A stretch of 64,000 nt of DNA from positions 18,262,711 to 18,326,710 of the forward strand of contig NC_068992.1 in assembly GCF_001194135.2 (NCBI RefSeq), given 5' to 3'. Positions 11,481 to 25,382 of this stretch are shown here, one piece after another. The first letter of the stretch is position 1. The number at the start of each line of letters is the position of its first letter. The notes beneath the pieces were generated by a model. It worked only from the letters and a program-made list of their open reading frames with translations, was not told where the DNA came from and searched no databases. The translations under genes and the position numbers were made by a program. Source of the stretch: Octopus bimaculoides (taxonomy: Eukaryota).

Positions 11481-12052
11481 CTATACGTATATGAATTTTA
11501 ATTAACCGAGCAAGGTAATTTACTTTAAATTTCATCATTTCATCATAGCAATACATTTACAGTTATTCTGTGGGATTAAATATCGATTAAAACATTCTAG
11601 GAATGTTTGAATCATCGATTCACTTCATATAACTGCATGAAACATCATATATTATTGATGGCATATATTGTTTTGTAGTTGTTATGGTTCATACACAATA
11701 TTGGACTCAAAGAACGTGAGCCAAACTTCGATCTCTTTTACGTTTTGTAAAACTCATTTTCCATTATATTTGATTAAGCTTTGCGTATTTAACTTTTATT
11801 TTTATATTTTAATTTCTTTCCGCCATTCGACTCCGGCCATGGTGGTGGCGACGATTTGAAAGGTGTAGTCGAACAAATTGATTCCGGTACTTTTCTATTG
11901 TTTCTCTTTGAAGTCGAGTGCTTATTCTCTCGGTCTTGTGTCGAACCATTAGGCTACCTGAGAGTAAACAAACTGGTTAGGCTACATGGAGTAAACAAAG
12001 TGGTAGGTTACCAAATACGAACAGAAAGACACGATTAGACATCCATCCATAC

Positions 12053-12105
<53 letters not shown>

Positions 12106-12434
12106 NNNNNNNNNNATGGGGTATCGCAAAAAGCGTCGTTGGAGACCCAACCTTCCGAGTTCCCGATCAAGATAGATAAGGAAGTAGTGGTGCAAAGCAG
12201 TGTTTAACTAGGAGCACAATTTAGGTTTGTTGAAATATGTTTGTCACATATGTTTGTCATACACACACACACCACACCACACACACATACACATACATTC
12301 GCATAAACACAAACGCACACACACGCGCATGCTCACGCCCGCGCACACACAGGCACACACACACACACACACATGTGCGTGTGTGTTTGTGTACAACGGG
12401 TGTGTGTATACAACGGGTGTGTGTATACAACGTA

Positions 12435-12575
12435 CACAGCTTCCGTATGTCAAATTTAACTCAGAAGTGATTGCCCAGTTAAACTCACCTGCCCGAGGCG
12501 CTGCGGAGTGGGACTGAACGTGAAGCCAAGTGATTTCAAATGGAGCTTCTTAACTGCACAGCTATCTCTACGCTT
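12435..12575 (-). mobile_element. SINE family B, degenerate 5' half
   Basis: cctgcccgaggcgctgcggagtgggactgaac...gcttcttaactgcacagc matches the family B head in reverse. Confidence 0.6.
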
Positions 12576-12935
12576 GTCTAATAAAAAGGAAGCATTCATG
12601 TTGCCACGCCTTTTTGAAATGAAATTCCTGTTCTATAAATCCAGTAAAAATAGTTTACTGTAAATGGACTACACGTCTATAATATCATAATACTTCCATC
12701 TTACAAAAAAAAAAAAAAACTGAAAAAAAAACTGTATCTCTTGTTTCAACGACATCGATACACCGGTTCGACTTTCACTTGAAACAGCTCTACTTATTTA
12801 CATAGCCATCGAAGCATAACGAAGTGATATAATGGGATTTCTGCTTGAGGAGTTAGGTGTTAATATAACAAGCGTTAACTGGATGGACATAGAGTACATT
12901 ATTCTTCTTTTACTGCTTTTATACTGATGTATGTA

Positions 12936-13096
12936 CAGCAATCCCTCGGCTTATCGCGGTTCACCTATCCCGCACTCAGCACCTCGCGGATGTTTCTGGC
13001 TAATATATGTAAATTTATATCGCGGACTCCACACTATATCCGGGTTTCTGTGGGAGACTTTAGAACGTAACACCCACGATAGTCAAGGGATTACTG
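12936..13096. mobile_element. Tigger/pogo-like MITE, 161 bp, TA target duplication
   Basis: TA|CAGCAATCCCTCGGCTTATCGCG ... CACGATAGTCAAGGGATTACTG|TA; the reverse complement of the right end is CAGTAATCCCTTGACTATCGTG. Confidence 0.8.
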
Positions 13097-14604
13097 TACT
13101 GCAAAGTAAAGAGGAAACAATAGTTAGGTGGATGTTCTGAAGATTTGCCACATTTTAACTGTGACTTTGACACTTTTAAACCCAAACAATTTCACTGTAA
13201 TCTCCCGTTTCCACTTCTCGTGATATTTATTTTATTTCACCCCTAACGAGTTAATTATTATTTGTAATTATATTTATATTAACTGTAATTTTTGAAACTA
13301 TTCTGTATCTTGTTTACCATTCGATCAGTCAAATATACGAAGCAAGTGAGCTCTGAGTGATAGGTTAAATTCCTTGGGCAGTTTAATTTAACGCCTCTGT
13401 TTGGTATTTGAATGCTTTGACAGATTCTACAAACAGTTTGAACTGGATTTTATTCTGTGGGTAAACTGGGCAGCTCCTCCCTACAACGTCTGGAACCGTG
13501 AAAAAGGTCAAAAATGATGTCGTTTCTCCTCAAGACTTAAAAAAGAAAGCAGAAGTTAAACTAAAGGTCAACACAGTCGAGTAGACCAATATTCTCTATT
13601 TCTATAAGAGATTCTTCATCTCTTCAGAATAACTAGCGGAACAAATGAAAATATTCCGTAAGTCTAAGGTCTAAACATTAAAACTATACGTGTGACTTGT
13701 GATACGACTTTGTGACATTATCCTTACGCGAAGATTATGTTGCCTTTAGAGAAGACAATATTATAAATCTCATTCTTATTTAAATAAGTTTAATTTATTA
13801 TTCATGTTCGATTAATATATAGTTATAATGGTATAGGTGCTTATTGTTATGTGTGTGTGCATAGTAATATTATTAAAGTAATGGTTGGTGTCAACTCATT
13901 CGATATGCTCTCTGCGTCTATTTGTATATTCAAACTGTGTTAATGTAATTATGATGGACTGTACTTCTGCGACACCATTTACATAAATCGCTTTAATGTC
14001 TTGTTCGATAGATGTTCTATTTCAATAGAAAAGGTTAAACAGCCTGCTAAGAAATGTCAAAATGGCCGATGGTAGTGTTGTAATGAAGTTAAACTAGGAA
14101 TTTAGATATCTCTGTAACTTTAATTACGTGAATTATAACAACATCATGCATTTTACGTTAACATATGGTAATTAAGTAAGCTTAATTTCTCTATTTCATG
14201 CGAGACATCTTCACTTATGAAATCATGTCTTTACTTGTATTCATTTATTTTATTTAACGAATCTTTTGCATGCTTATGATCCTAACATTATGCTTTGGAG
14301 TATATACGTATGTATATGCATATAATTGAATGTATGTGAGCATGACTCGATTACATGTCTGCAGCTTAGCCGCTTCTTTTTGAAAATGCTGTGTTTGACG
14401 TAATAAGGAAATGTATACTCCTATACCAAAAATATCTCAACTTTATAAAGTAAAAAGCAAAGCAAAAATCTCTTTAAACTGGTTCGTTGAGATTCAGTCA
14501 AGTTATAATCTTTGATACTATTCAAGTTATTAGTAAATTCATATGGAGTTAAAATTTTAGAGGAAATTATATTTGAAACATATTTCTCACATAGGAAAAA
14601 GCTA

Positions 14605-14735
14605 AGTCAAAGATAGAGAAGAGATGCAGCCAATCAATGGACCCTGGTACATGTGTTGTATGCAAATTTATCAGTCTCGGAAGAATAAAAGACAAAAATC
14701 GACATTGTATCCTTCGAGAACGTAGAAAAGGGTAA
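14605..14735 (-). mobile_element. Highly degenerate SINE family A fragment
   Basis: ggaccctggtac...aatttatcagtctcggaagaataaaagacaaaaatcgac weakly matches the core in reverse. Confidence 0.4.
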
Positions 14736-15084
14736 CGAAATTGTCTTAGATGATGAGTTCGGCATCATTATTCTGCCAATCCAAGTTAGGAATCACACCT
14801 TACATACTTGATATATACATTGGGATGTATACAGCCAGCTATTTGGGGAAAATCTTAGATATAATCTGATGACGTATAAGGGTGATTTAACCTTGTTAAG
14901 TCTTTTAGGATACGTTTCGCTTGTTGACATGGATTTTTCTCTCGGGAAGATTTCTATTTCCTTGCATTAACCATAGCTATCTAGTGATTTCTAACGTAGT
15001 TGCAAGGACCTAAAATTTGATATGAAGTAAGTCGATCAGTAAAGTAAATCAGTTAAGCTATGTGAAGGTAACTTTCGTTTTCGA

Positions 15085-15135
15085 ACCTGTGAAGACGAAA
15101 GGTAAATCTGACCTCGGCGATATTTAAACTCAGCA
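15085..15135 (-). mobile_element. Short SINE family A fragment
   Basis: gaagacgaaaggtaaatctgacctcggcgatatttaaactcag. Confidence 0.5.
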
Positions 15136-18100
15136 TTTAGGTATATAAGATAATTTTACTAGAACTTGTGACAGGCATGTTGCCGTGTCTATAATTAAAA
15201 TCAATTTGGTCCTATATTTAAGGGTTTTGTGCCTTTCGACTCACCGCAGATTTAAGCGTATAACTGTATTTAAACGCATGTGTCTTTTGTTAAGTCAACA
15301 TCCTCATAAGTTATCTTCGGTGGAAGGTAATCATTTTATTAAAATAGCTTCATCAGTCAGAGAAGTGCATTAAAACATTAAGTTGAAAATAGCTTTATCG
15401 CATTTTACATTAATTAATCATATACCAACTAAATAAACTCTGGTAGTAAAAAGTGCATTCTAAAGAAATTGAACCTGAAAGTTTAGAGGGCAGATAATTG
15501 AATTAATACTCAGGCGAATACAAATAGAAGATAGAATTTATTCCCATCATAATTGAAAATCTTACGAAGCCAGCATATTCTACCATAATAGGTAGCATTA
15601 AAACTGAAATCTAGTTAATAATAAATCAAATGGCATTGATTGAAAATCCATCTAAATTTCTGCGGGCTGTTGATTTGTTGAATTTCATTGAGGTGCAGCA
15701 TTATGCCACTTTAATATAATTATGTTGAACGCAGTAAATATAGTGCAAATTTGCACACTTACGTACACTGCTTCATTTCTTCTAACGACTTGTCCCCTTG
15801 AGAATCCGCGTACATCGGTACTTTTACACATACGGACGCTCTAGTTTGTAGAGACATGCATATCCATACAAATTTACTCTTAAAATGCATAAAAGCCGTC
15901 CACGCACATACATAGAAGCACATATCGCCATTCAAAGACCATTGTATGTCCCAAAGAGGCATGCAATAGTCTTTGAATCCACATCACTCGATCTTCATAC
16001 GCACGCGCGCGCACACACACACNNNNNNNNNNNNNNNNNNNNNNNNNNNNNNNNNNNNNNNNNNNNNNNNNNNNNNNNNNNNNNNNNNNNNNNNNNNNNN
16101 NNNNNNNNNNNNNNNNNNNNNNNNNNNNNNNNNNNNNNNNNNNNNNNNNNNNNNNNNNNNNNNNNNNNNNNNNNNNNNNNNNNNNNNNNNNNNNNNNNNN
16201 NNNNNNNNNNNNNNNNNNNNNNNNNNNNNNNNNNNNNNNNNNNNNNNNNNNNNNNNNNNNNNNNNNNNNNNNNNNNNNNNNNNNNNNNNNNNNNNNNNNN
16301 NNNNNNNNNNNNNNNNNNNNNNNNNNNNNNNNNNNNNNNNNNNNNNNNNNNNNNNNNNNNNNNNNNNNNNNNNNNNNNNNNNNNNNNNNNNNNNNNNNNN
16401 NNNNNNNNNNNNNNNNNNNNNNNNNNNNNNNNNNNNNNNNNNNNNNNNNNNNNNNNNNNNNNNNNNNNNNNNNNNNNNNNNNNNNNNNNNNNNNNNNNNN
16501 NNNNNNNNNNNNNNNNNNNNNNNNNNNNNNNNNNNNNNNNNNNNNNNNNNNNNNNNNNNNNNNNNNNNNNNNNNNNNNNNNNNNNNNNNNNNNNNNNNNN
16601 NNNNNNNNNNNNNNNNNNNNNNNNNNNNNNNNNNNNNNNNNNNNNNNNNNNNNNNNNNNNNNNNNNNNNNNNNNNNNNNNNNNNNNNNNNNNNNNNNNNN
16701 NNNNNNNNNNNNNNNNNNNNNNNNNNNNNNNNNNNNNNNNNNNNNNNNNNNNNNNNNNNNNNNNNNNNNNNNNNNNNNNNNNNNNNNNNNNNNNNNNNNN
16801 NNNNNNNNNNNNNNNNNNNNNNNNNNNNNNNNNNNNNNNNNNNNNNNNNNNNNNNNNNNNNNNNNNNNNNNNNNNNNNNNNNNNNNNNNNNNNNNNNNNN
16901 NNNNNNNNNNNNNNNNNNNNNNNNNNNNNNNNNNNNNNNNAATTGCTGTACGTTGGGACTGTATCCTAAGCCCACCGTCATGTATTATTTATATATTTAT
17001 TGTTGTTTTAAATCTATTTATCTTAAGTTTTTCAACACAGTGTGGATTGAGTAATATTTGGTTTCTCTTTCTAGAAATTAAAGTCAAAAACATCGATCGT
17101 AACTCGTTTTTCTCTTTCCTCATTGTTCTATTTTTCGAATGGAATCTCTGTGATATTCAGCTTTTGCTCAATTCTATTAATGTACACCAGCAAATAAGCG
17201 TTCTTGTAGATTCACTTAATAATTTACGGAAACCAAACTTCTACTGCTATCAGCACACACCTAAAATAGAGCCCCATATTCAGCTTTCTATGATCTCTTA
17301 ATTTTTGCTTATGTTCTCCTGTTACAATGTTAGGAACGTACATTATTTTTGATAGTGTTCTCGGCAGTAAAAAGGCCAGAAGATAACATTTAAACACAGT
17401 TGTATTGTGCGTAGCGTCGTTAATAAAGCATCAGAACGTTATTAATCATTAACTATTTTTTTTTTCCTTCGGAGGTGTTCGAATCCATTGCCTTTTATAA
17501 CATTAAGAATTGCGAACATAAAAATACCCGAAATACTCGTAGAAACACTGCAGCTATATATATAAAAAAAATTCCCATAACCAGAAGAAGACTCTTTAAA
17601 TTTCCTAAAGAGAGAAAGAGGTCGAGAGAAATGGAAAATGGAAGAGATAATACAGAAATAGCTACGAAGCAGTCGCTAAAATGCATCATACCTATAGGAG
17701 AATCCCATAAACGTATCACTGCTATTCAAGATGTCCGTGATCTATAAATTTCTAAAGATATCACAGCAAAATTATAACTACATATAGCATAGATTTAGAA
17801 TATTTCCTATGTTTTAGAACAGGAATATCAGCTTGTAGTTGTTCAGTACATGTTTGTTGAAATATTAAACACACGACTGCTTGAAATGACGGTCAGTTCT
17901 TTCGAAACTCTCTCATATGTGTTGATATTAAAGAACAAGCATAAGCTATAAAAATAATTTATTCATTTACAGATATAATTTATTTACAGATATTTTCTTC
18001 ATATATATTTATTGATTTGCGTATACTATTTATTTGCAGGTATTTACTTCGTGTATATTATTTGAATAATACAATAAATATTAAATTGTTGAATTCACTT

Positions 18101-18387
18101 GCTGAAACAGAAATGTTCCAGCGCTGACGTTGTATATAATTTATATCATTTAGTTTTTTTTTCCCCACAACAACCTTGATTCAGAATCTCACATTCATAA
18201 ACCATTCTCTAACTGCTACAACAGTTAGCAATATTCGACATCAGACCTATCAATGATAGAATGAAACCAGCATGCAAAACTGTATAAAAATTAATTGCGT
18301 CGAATCATTTATGGCTGCAGAAATTAATTACTCCGCCCAAGTTATTAAGAGGGATGTTTTTACTCTCGCGTAATAATTCTTCCAAAT

Positions 18388-18603
18388 ATTGATTTCAAAT
18401 TTTGGCACAAGGACAGCAACTTTGGAGGAAGGGGATAGGTCTACTATATCAACTCCTTGGCGCAACTGGTACTTATTTTATCGACCACGAAAGGAGAAAA
18501 TGCAGAGCTGACCTCGATGGAATTTGAACTCAGAACGTAAAAACGGACGAAATGCCGCAAATAATTTTTCCCAGCATGCTAACAATTCTGCCAGTGGGCT
18601 GGT
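18388..18603 (-). mobile_element. SINE family A, near full length
   Basis: ctggtacttattttatcgaccacgaaagg...ggaatttgaactcagaacgta...gctaacaattctgccag. Confidence 0.8.
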
Positions 18604-18823
18604 TTAATACTTCGAAATATTAAGTGAAAACTAAACATCAGAACCTGAAAATACTATTATTCCTACTAGTGATAGAACTATTCATATATATCAGATATGA
18701 CATCGTTTGGTAGTTTGTATAAAAGGAAAAAGAAAAGAAAATATCCTATCCAAAAGTTTAAATGCTTAAAATCAAAACAAAAAAACAAAAAAGAAGAAGA
18801 AATATCAACTGAGAGGTGACAGA

Positions 18824-19180
18824 TTATTCAAAGAGACCGCTCTCAGCTTCCACCAAAACCTCAAGACGGCTCTGGAAACTGGCGGATGCTTTCCTCACTG
18901 TGTTTTTCTTTTTGGAAGTTCTTCTAACTTGCCCTTTATCGTCGTCAAAGGCTCTGTCTTGGTGTCTGCAGGCAGTGCGGTTAGTATTTTTCTCACCCGC
19001 GCTCCACAAACGGCAATCTATAGTATATAGATATCAGATTGCAAATAGGGTAATTAGGAGGCCAGAATTTGGGGCTGGTGAAGTCGTAGAAAGTCTCCGA
19101 CAACCACATCTGATTCTTTCTATAGGGATGGCATGGAACCGAATCCCGTTGGCACGCTTACAGCCTTTCGACAGCAGCTC
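18824..19180 (-). pseudogene. mariner/maT-like transposase C-terminal remnant
   Basis: Minus strand: ACQRDSVPCHPYRKNQMWLSETFYDFTSPKFWPPNYP (QQDSAPCH...WPPNSPD motif), then WSAGEKNTNRTAC...FQSRLEVLVEAESGLFE* (ORF 18824-19009). Confidence 0.8.
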
Positions 19181-19344
19181 TTTCGAGCTAGGTATTAACC
19201 ACAATCACCAGCAGCTTCACATAACTGTCTGAGATTCAGCCGAAGGTCCTGATCAAAAGTTTGGGAATGAATTCCTGCGCACAGACACAGCGAGAACGCA
19301 TGTTGAGTCCCTGCAAGCAACGGCTTTGTAATATTTGTCGCCAA

Positions 19345-19430
19345 TCTTTATGCAAAGTCGACTTCGACGGACGAAATATCGCTAAGCATTTTGCCCGGCG
19401 TGCTAACATTTCTGCCAACTCGGTGCCTTA
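19345..19430 (-). mobile_element. SINE family A head fragment
   Basis: gcaaagtcgac...gacggacgaaatatcgctaagcattttgcccggcgtgctaacatttctgccaac. Confidence 0.75.
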
Positions 19431-20262
19431 AATGCATTCGTTAATAATGCTATGGCATGGCCATAGATAGAACGATTTAATCTTTGATCAGAGGAAACCC
19501 TGGACTGAACAGCAACAGCGTCAATTCTAACCTGTTTTTTTGTAATCCAAAGCTATCTACACAGTACATGTTCTCATAGTGCTAAAGTTATAATCTCTAC
19601 GCATCTATATATGGATTGGCTTCCAGTCTAGTTTAAGTTCATATCACACAATTGTAATGGAAATAATTGTTGGCAAACAACAAAACACCGGTCAAGTCTT
19701 ACTGCGTATATTTAAATATTTGTTAAGACTGAAGTTGTTGCGTTTAATCTTCTAGCTACATAAATAGCTTGAAAGCGTGGACTGCAAAATCGATAGGCAC
19801 TGGGCAACCACTCGTGGGGTCATTATCGGTAGCCTTTTGCAGCATTGCATTGAATTCGTGGCTTTCTCACTTAATATTCAGTGGCCAAATGCCTTTGTTT
19901 TACGAAAGCATTATCCATCATTGTAATCAGTAACCACAATGGAATGTGCTTGATGTACTACCATTTGTATAAGCCTTTAATAACCTTTCGACCCATAAGA
20001 AATAGCTGCAAAATCTCTATAACATTCTAGCTTACTAATTTAAAACATGAAGTACAGTTTGGAGACTGAAATTGAAGAAATCTGGTGTAAACACACACAC
20101 TCACACTCACAAACACTCAGTCACACACACTTAAACACACGCATATACACATACACACTCGCTCGCGCACAAATACACAAACGTACGACAGACTAAAGTG
20201 GGAAAATCATATTCATATATCTGTACGTATAGAACTTATATGAAACTAAGCAACAACGACTG

Positions 20263-20283
20263 CAACTGCAGATGAGCTCATCG

Positions 20284-20319
<36 letters not shown>

Positions 20320-20510
20320 TCGTCGTCGTCGTCTCTACCGTCGTTGTAGTTATCGTCGTGATTATAATAATCATCACCGTCACCATCAGCATCACGATCG
20401 CCATAATCACCCCCACTACCACTACCATCATCAACAACCCTGGCAGCATAAGCATCAATATCAGCAGAACAACAGCAGCAACATAAACAACGGTAGTAGC
20501 AGCAACAATA
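20263..20510. repeat. Compound triplet microsatellite (CGT/CAT/CAC/CAG/CAA)
   Basis: Direct reading; explains the low-complexity ORF 20246-20458. Confidence 0.85.
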
Positions 20511-21340
20511 TCGGCAAATTTATGGACCTATAATCTCCGAACTAATTGATGATACGACATTTAGTATAAACGAAGGTGGTCAACGTCTGGCGATATATGC
20601 TTCTATATACTTTTATACTTCTGTGTAATAAACATGTTCGGATACTTTGTGATTTTATCAATCTTGATATTCTGAACGTATTTCATTACAGTTCAAATGA
20701 ATTAGAGTATTCCGTGTTCTATATGAATACGAGAGAGTTATATTTCAAAATAGAAGGAAATCCGAAGAAAGTATTATCCATATCGTAATTTAAGACATAG
20801 AAGTAAAAAAAAAACAAAACAAAAACGAAGGATATATATCCACTTGCCTTCAAATCAAATAAGTATTCTATGTCCCTAAAGCACACAACAGTAGAAGGTT
20901 GAAAATGTTTTAAGTCAGCATAAATAAAGTTACCTTCAAAATCTATATCATGTCAAATGGTAGCTAATATGAGATATGACGGTAAATGAAGAAAAATGAT
21001 AGAAGTATAGAAAGGAAGTTTGACTCTTGAGTACTACTAAAAGTTACTCAAGGATTGAGAAATATACTTTCAGTGGAGTAGATAAAAAATGGATGCGAAA
21101 ATTGTGAATGCTATTGATTGTGACGGAAGAATAGGGATTAAACTTACGGGACAACACACTAATACACGGTCACACAATGTTACAGCTACTTACATACGCT
21201 CACTCACACCGCGCACGTATTAAAGGAGTTTTAAAGAAATAAACACATGTATAAAAACACTCTGACTTAGCGTAACTCTAAAGATACTTACACCCCCACA
21301 CACTCACACACACACACACAATACACATATATATGTGCAT

Positions 21341-21540
21341 CGGTTATAGTAGTGAGGAAGGCAAACAATTAGTCAAGACAGGACAATGGCATTTAAATTC
21401 ATTTAATTCAATCTAAAAATACAAAACTGGTAAAGATAGTGAGGATTGTATTATTTTATTATTTTTAGATTGAATTAAATGAATTTACATGACATAGTCC
21501 TCCATTAACTAACTGTTTGCCTTCATCGCCATTTTGACCG
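21341..21540. mobile_element. 200-bp fold-back/MITE-like element with ~81-bp imperfect inverted arms
   Basis: 21341-21421 pairs gap-free with 21460-21540; AAATTCATTTAATTCAATCTAAAAATA is perfectly inverted. Confidence 0.7.
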
Positions 21541-21704
21541 TTACCTCTCTCTATATAAATCCTGATATACTCTTATATATATACACATATACCTATATTT
21601 ATTTATATATACGTGGTATCCGGATTGTTCCCATAGTAACAAGACTAAAGAACGCAGAGTATAGCCGCTGGGAACTGATTGACTAAGTGCATGCGCACTA
21701 AGTT

Positions 21705-22260
21705 TCAACGTTCTAGGTTTCTTTTGCTGTCTACAACAGTGCTTAGAAGGAAGGTGTGTAGCGTGTTATCGTCGCATTGAGTATGACTGAGTAAGTTGAG
21801 CAGAGACTCTGCATCAAATTTTGCCAAAAGCTTGAGAATACCTGCACAGAAGCCTATGCAAAGTTTTTCATCGTTTTTGATACTACAATCAAAGAGATTT
21901 TGCGCAACTGAAACCTGAGTGTCTCTTTGGTCAGCTGAAAGCAGATTTCGTAGAGACTTGGCAGACACGGGTCTCATACACACATCTTCAGTGATAATGG
22001 ACTTGAGTGAACTGTAACTCATCTGCACATCCTCTGATAACAGACGGATGCTGATTCGACGACGTCCCCTCACAGCTCAGTTCACATCTGCAGTGTTTTT
22101 CTCAGTTCTGCTGGTTGCAGGTCTCCCAGAAGGTTCATCAATATCGACATTGTTCATCCACCTTGGGAAAGTCTGACCCACTCGTGCATTTGTGTGAGGC
22201 TCATACACTCCTCTCCATACACTTTATGCAACTTCGCATAGACCTCTGAGTAAGTATCGC
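21705..22260 (-). pseudogene. mariner (Mos1/Hsmar-like) transposase N-terminal remnant
   Basis: KLHKVYGEECMSLTQMHEW...EPSGRPATSRTEKNTADV..VRGRRRISIRLLSEDVQMSYSSLKSIITEDVCMRPVSAK (HTH plus the L.MR.VSAK motif preceding WVPR). Confidence 0.85.
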
Positions 22261-22588
22261 CACGACAACTTTCTCTGCCATGGTCAATGCAACGATCACA
22301 CGCTACACACATTTCGAAGCATTGCTGTAACAACTGGAAGTGACCAAGAGCATTAGTGTGTATGCACAGCAGAGGTCAAGGTTAATCTTTGCCGAGCAGC
22401 TTTACCTTGTTATGCTTTAGCTTCGTTACTATGTCAACAATCCGAATATATATTGAGCAGACCTAGCATAGGTATACATATATGTATATATGCGTGTGTA
22501 TATATGTGAATGTTAATACACGTGCGTGTACGTATATGTGCGTATATATACATGCTTATAGACACATATAAATACACACACGTACGTA

Positions 22589-22628
<40 letters not shown>

Positions 22629-22812
22629 NNNNNNNNNNNNNNNNNNNNNNNNNNNNNNNNNNNNNNNNNNNNNNNNNNNNNNNCACACATCCTACGCAAA
22701 ACACTTTCAATACAGTAAACATAAGAGCACCACAGCAAACCACAGCACATACGCAAGGCGCACAGAGCTGCGCTCGGTAGTGAAGTGAAAGCACGTTATA
22801 AAAATAAAACTA

Positions 22813-22816
<4 letters not shown>

Positions 22817-22865
<49 letters not shown>

Positions 22866-22896
22866 TATTAATAATAATATCAATAATAATAACAAT

Positions 22897-22992
<96 letters not shown>

Positions 22993-23013
22993 AACAACAA
23001 CAACAACAACAAC
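22817..23013. repeat. Compound (AAT)n-(AAG)n-(AAC)n microsatellite
   Basis: Direct reading. Confidence 0.95.
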
Positions 23014-23279
23014 AAAACGCGTACATACACACGTACAAACACACACACACACATAAACAAACACATACGCAGAGATATACTGCATTGGAAGATAGCATCA
23101 TGATTTATTGTTACTCCTAACTTTACATTCGCCTCCGATTCCGAAAAGTGACGTGGCAATATTGTTAGAACTATGTAATAGTACAGAAGATTTGCTGTCT
23201 TACTTCCGACGTTTGTGACACTCGGTGTAAAATTATCACATGGTAACTAGACGTCTCTAGCTAACTTTACTTTGTAGCA

Positions 23280-24790
23280 AACACACTAGTCACGTTTCTG
23301 ATTTGATCATAAGTCCCTCTCATTCGACAACTAATTTGTAAGGCCAATGCATTCGCCTTCCATCACCTAATAAATATTGAAAATGGAATTTGGATCAATC
23401 AGTACGTACAGTTTTCCGAAAGGAATAATACATAATACATCTTTCATAGGAAAGAGCACCTGAAAATTTCCGAAAGGTAAAAACATGGAAACAAAATCAA
23501 ACATTTGGTGATCGAAGGCAAAGAGAACTGCGCATTTTTGCAGTCCGATATCCCTCACATTAATCCTTCAATCATCAAATCCCACTTCCCCAAAGCTGTG
23601 GATTTTGTCAAAATTATTACACAGGACATTCACTTGAACTTCGCTATAATCAAATATCCGAGAAAATCTCACTTGGTTTTTCATAACACCATCTGGTTCA
23701 TAAAATACGGAGATTAGTTATTTGATATCTATGTGTTGATATGATGTCGCTCTAGTGTGCCAATTCAGAGCACTTTACATCCTCAACGGAACTTTGTCAT
23801 AGCATGAAGAATTTACGACCATCAAAGGTTTATCGATACCAGAAAACATGAGAAGAAATAGTTTGGCAGGATTTAAAAAAAGGACTTAATGAAACTATTC
23901 TATGAAATGTTATTAGAAATCTCAGCAGAAATTAACCTTTACACACATTTGCCACTCTTAATCATAATGCATAAAATTAAGACATACCATAGACCCAATG
24001 GAAAATTTTTGAAACAAAAATAAGGTTTCCAAACGTCTATCCTCATAGTATTTTACTCATCGTTCTCCTCGCTTACTTTTGTGTTGTACACGCGGGAGCA
24101 GGTTTTAAATTTTGCAAGCACGAAATTAAAACAAAATCGAGATTTAATTAACAAGAAAATTCGACAACACATGCTGAATATTAATGAAACCCCAAACCCA
24201 CCCTCGAAGACGTATGTGTAGATAACTCGGATTTTAATGCTATACAATTCTTTTCAATAGCGCCGTAAAGACTAATACAGCAAAAGTGTTCATCGTGCGA
24301 ATCACCCGTCATTTCTTGTACAAGAAATAGAAGTGTATCGCACCTTATATCAGAAGACAGATTTTTAATAAGAGTAACTGACAACAATAGAAATATTGCA
24401 CTTTGTAACTGTATTAATCCTAGCGCTTGCTCGCTTGCAAAAACATGCTTGGAAATGTTCATGGTTTATTCCGGTAGAAGGCACGTTAGAGCCTCATTTA
24501 AACACCTAAAGATTGAACGTGCTGAGTCAGCCTGATCGGCGCCGCACAAAACCTTACTTCGATGGTTCAAGTCATAAGAAACAGGTCTAGAACTTGCTTC
24601 CACATCGCACATCTTTACTACTTTTTGGTTCTTACAAACAATGCCGATATTGTCTGAAAGCAAATGAGAATCTATGTTATTGTTAGGTATACTTAAAGAA
24701 TAACTTGAAGGATATGACACTCGCTGATGCAGAAGCAAAAAGGAGAAACTAAACAAAAATAAAACAAAAGCGAAAATCATGAAATAAAAT
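23280..24790 (+). pseudogene. Long decayed PLE: reverse transcriptase through GIY-YIG
   Basis: DHK..; KENCAFLQSDIPHINPSI...KAVDFVK...IIKYPRKSHLVFHNTIW (F.DI..YPSI...KSLLF motif); YDVALVCQFRALYIL (YDGAEVCELVGLYIL); KKDLMKLF..LEISAEINL; YHRPNG; NSAVKTNTAKVF..ITRHF; LCNCINPSACSLAKTCLEMFMVY. Confidence 0.85.
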
Positions 24791-25345
24791 ATTGATGTTT
24801 TAAATAACATGATATCACCTTAATGTTCGCTAATACCTTTCTAACGACAATAGACACCCTATGCTGTTTACTTAAAAAAAAAAAATTCCTTATTCTGAGA
24901 GACCAGGTTAAAAGAGCATTGGTAAGTGAAGACATTTTTCTTTTTATTGAAGAAAAATATATTGAAAGAAAATAAAAGACTGGCAGAAAACGAAGTAAAG
25001 GAAAATGAACGACCAATGATATCAGGGATAATATTAACAATAAAGGCATACAATAGAAACTTAAAATTGGTTTTCAATTGTAGCATTTATAAATTGAGAG
25101 ACATTAGAAGAATTGCGTTAGTGAAACAAAAAAAGAAGATATATAAAGCCTATTGGCTATATTTGTCTTCAAGTGGTTTTGCAAATATTTTTACCACTTA
25201 TATTCAAGTATATTTCAACGTCGTTTTAATGCAAATATTCCCGGCTAGAGACAGCACAAGAGGTAAATATCGCTGGGGTCCGCCGCAAATGGAAAACGAT
25301 TTTTCCCTATACGCACAAAACACACCACACAGACGCACAGACACA

Positions 25346-25382
<37 letters not shown>

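Noticed and set aside
13383-13489. Minus-strand terminal exon candidate (acceptor TTTTTCACGGTTCCAG, peptide DVVGRSCPVYPQNKIQFKLFVESVKAFKYQTEALN*)
   Set aside because: Short, unrecognised peptide with no linked upstream exon; compatible with chance.
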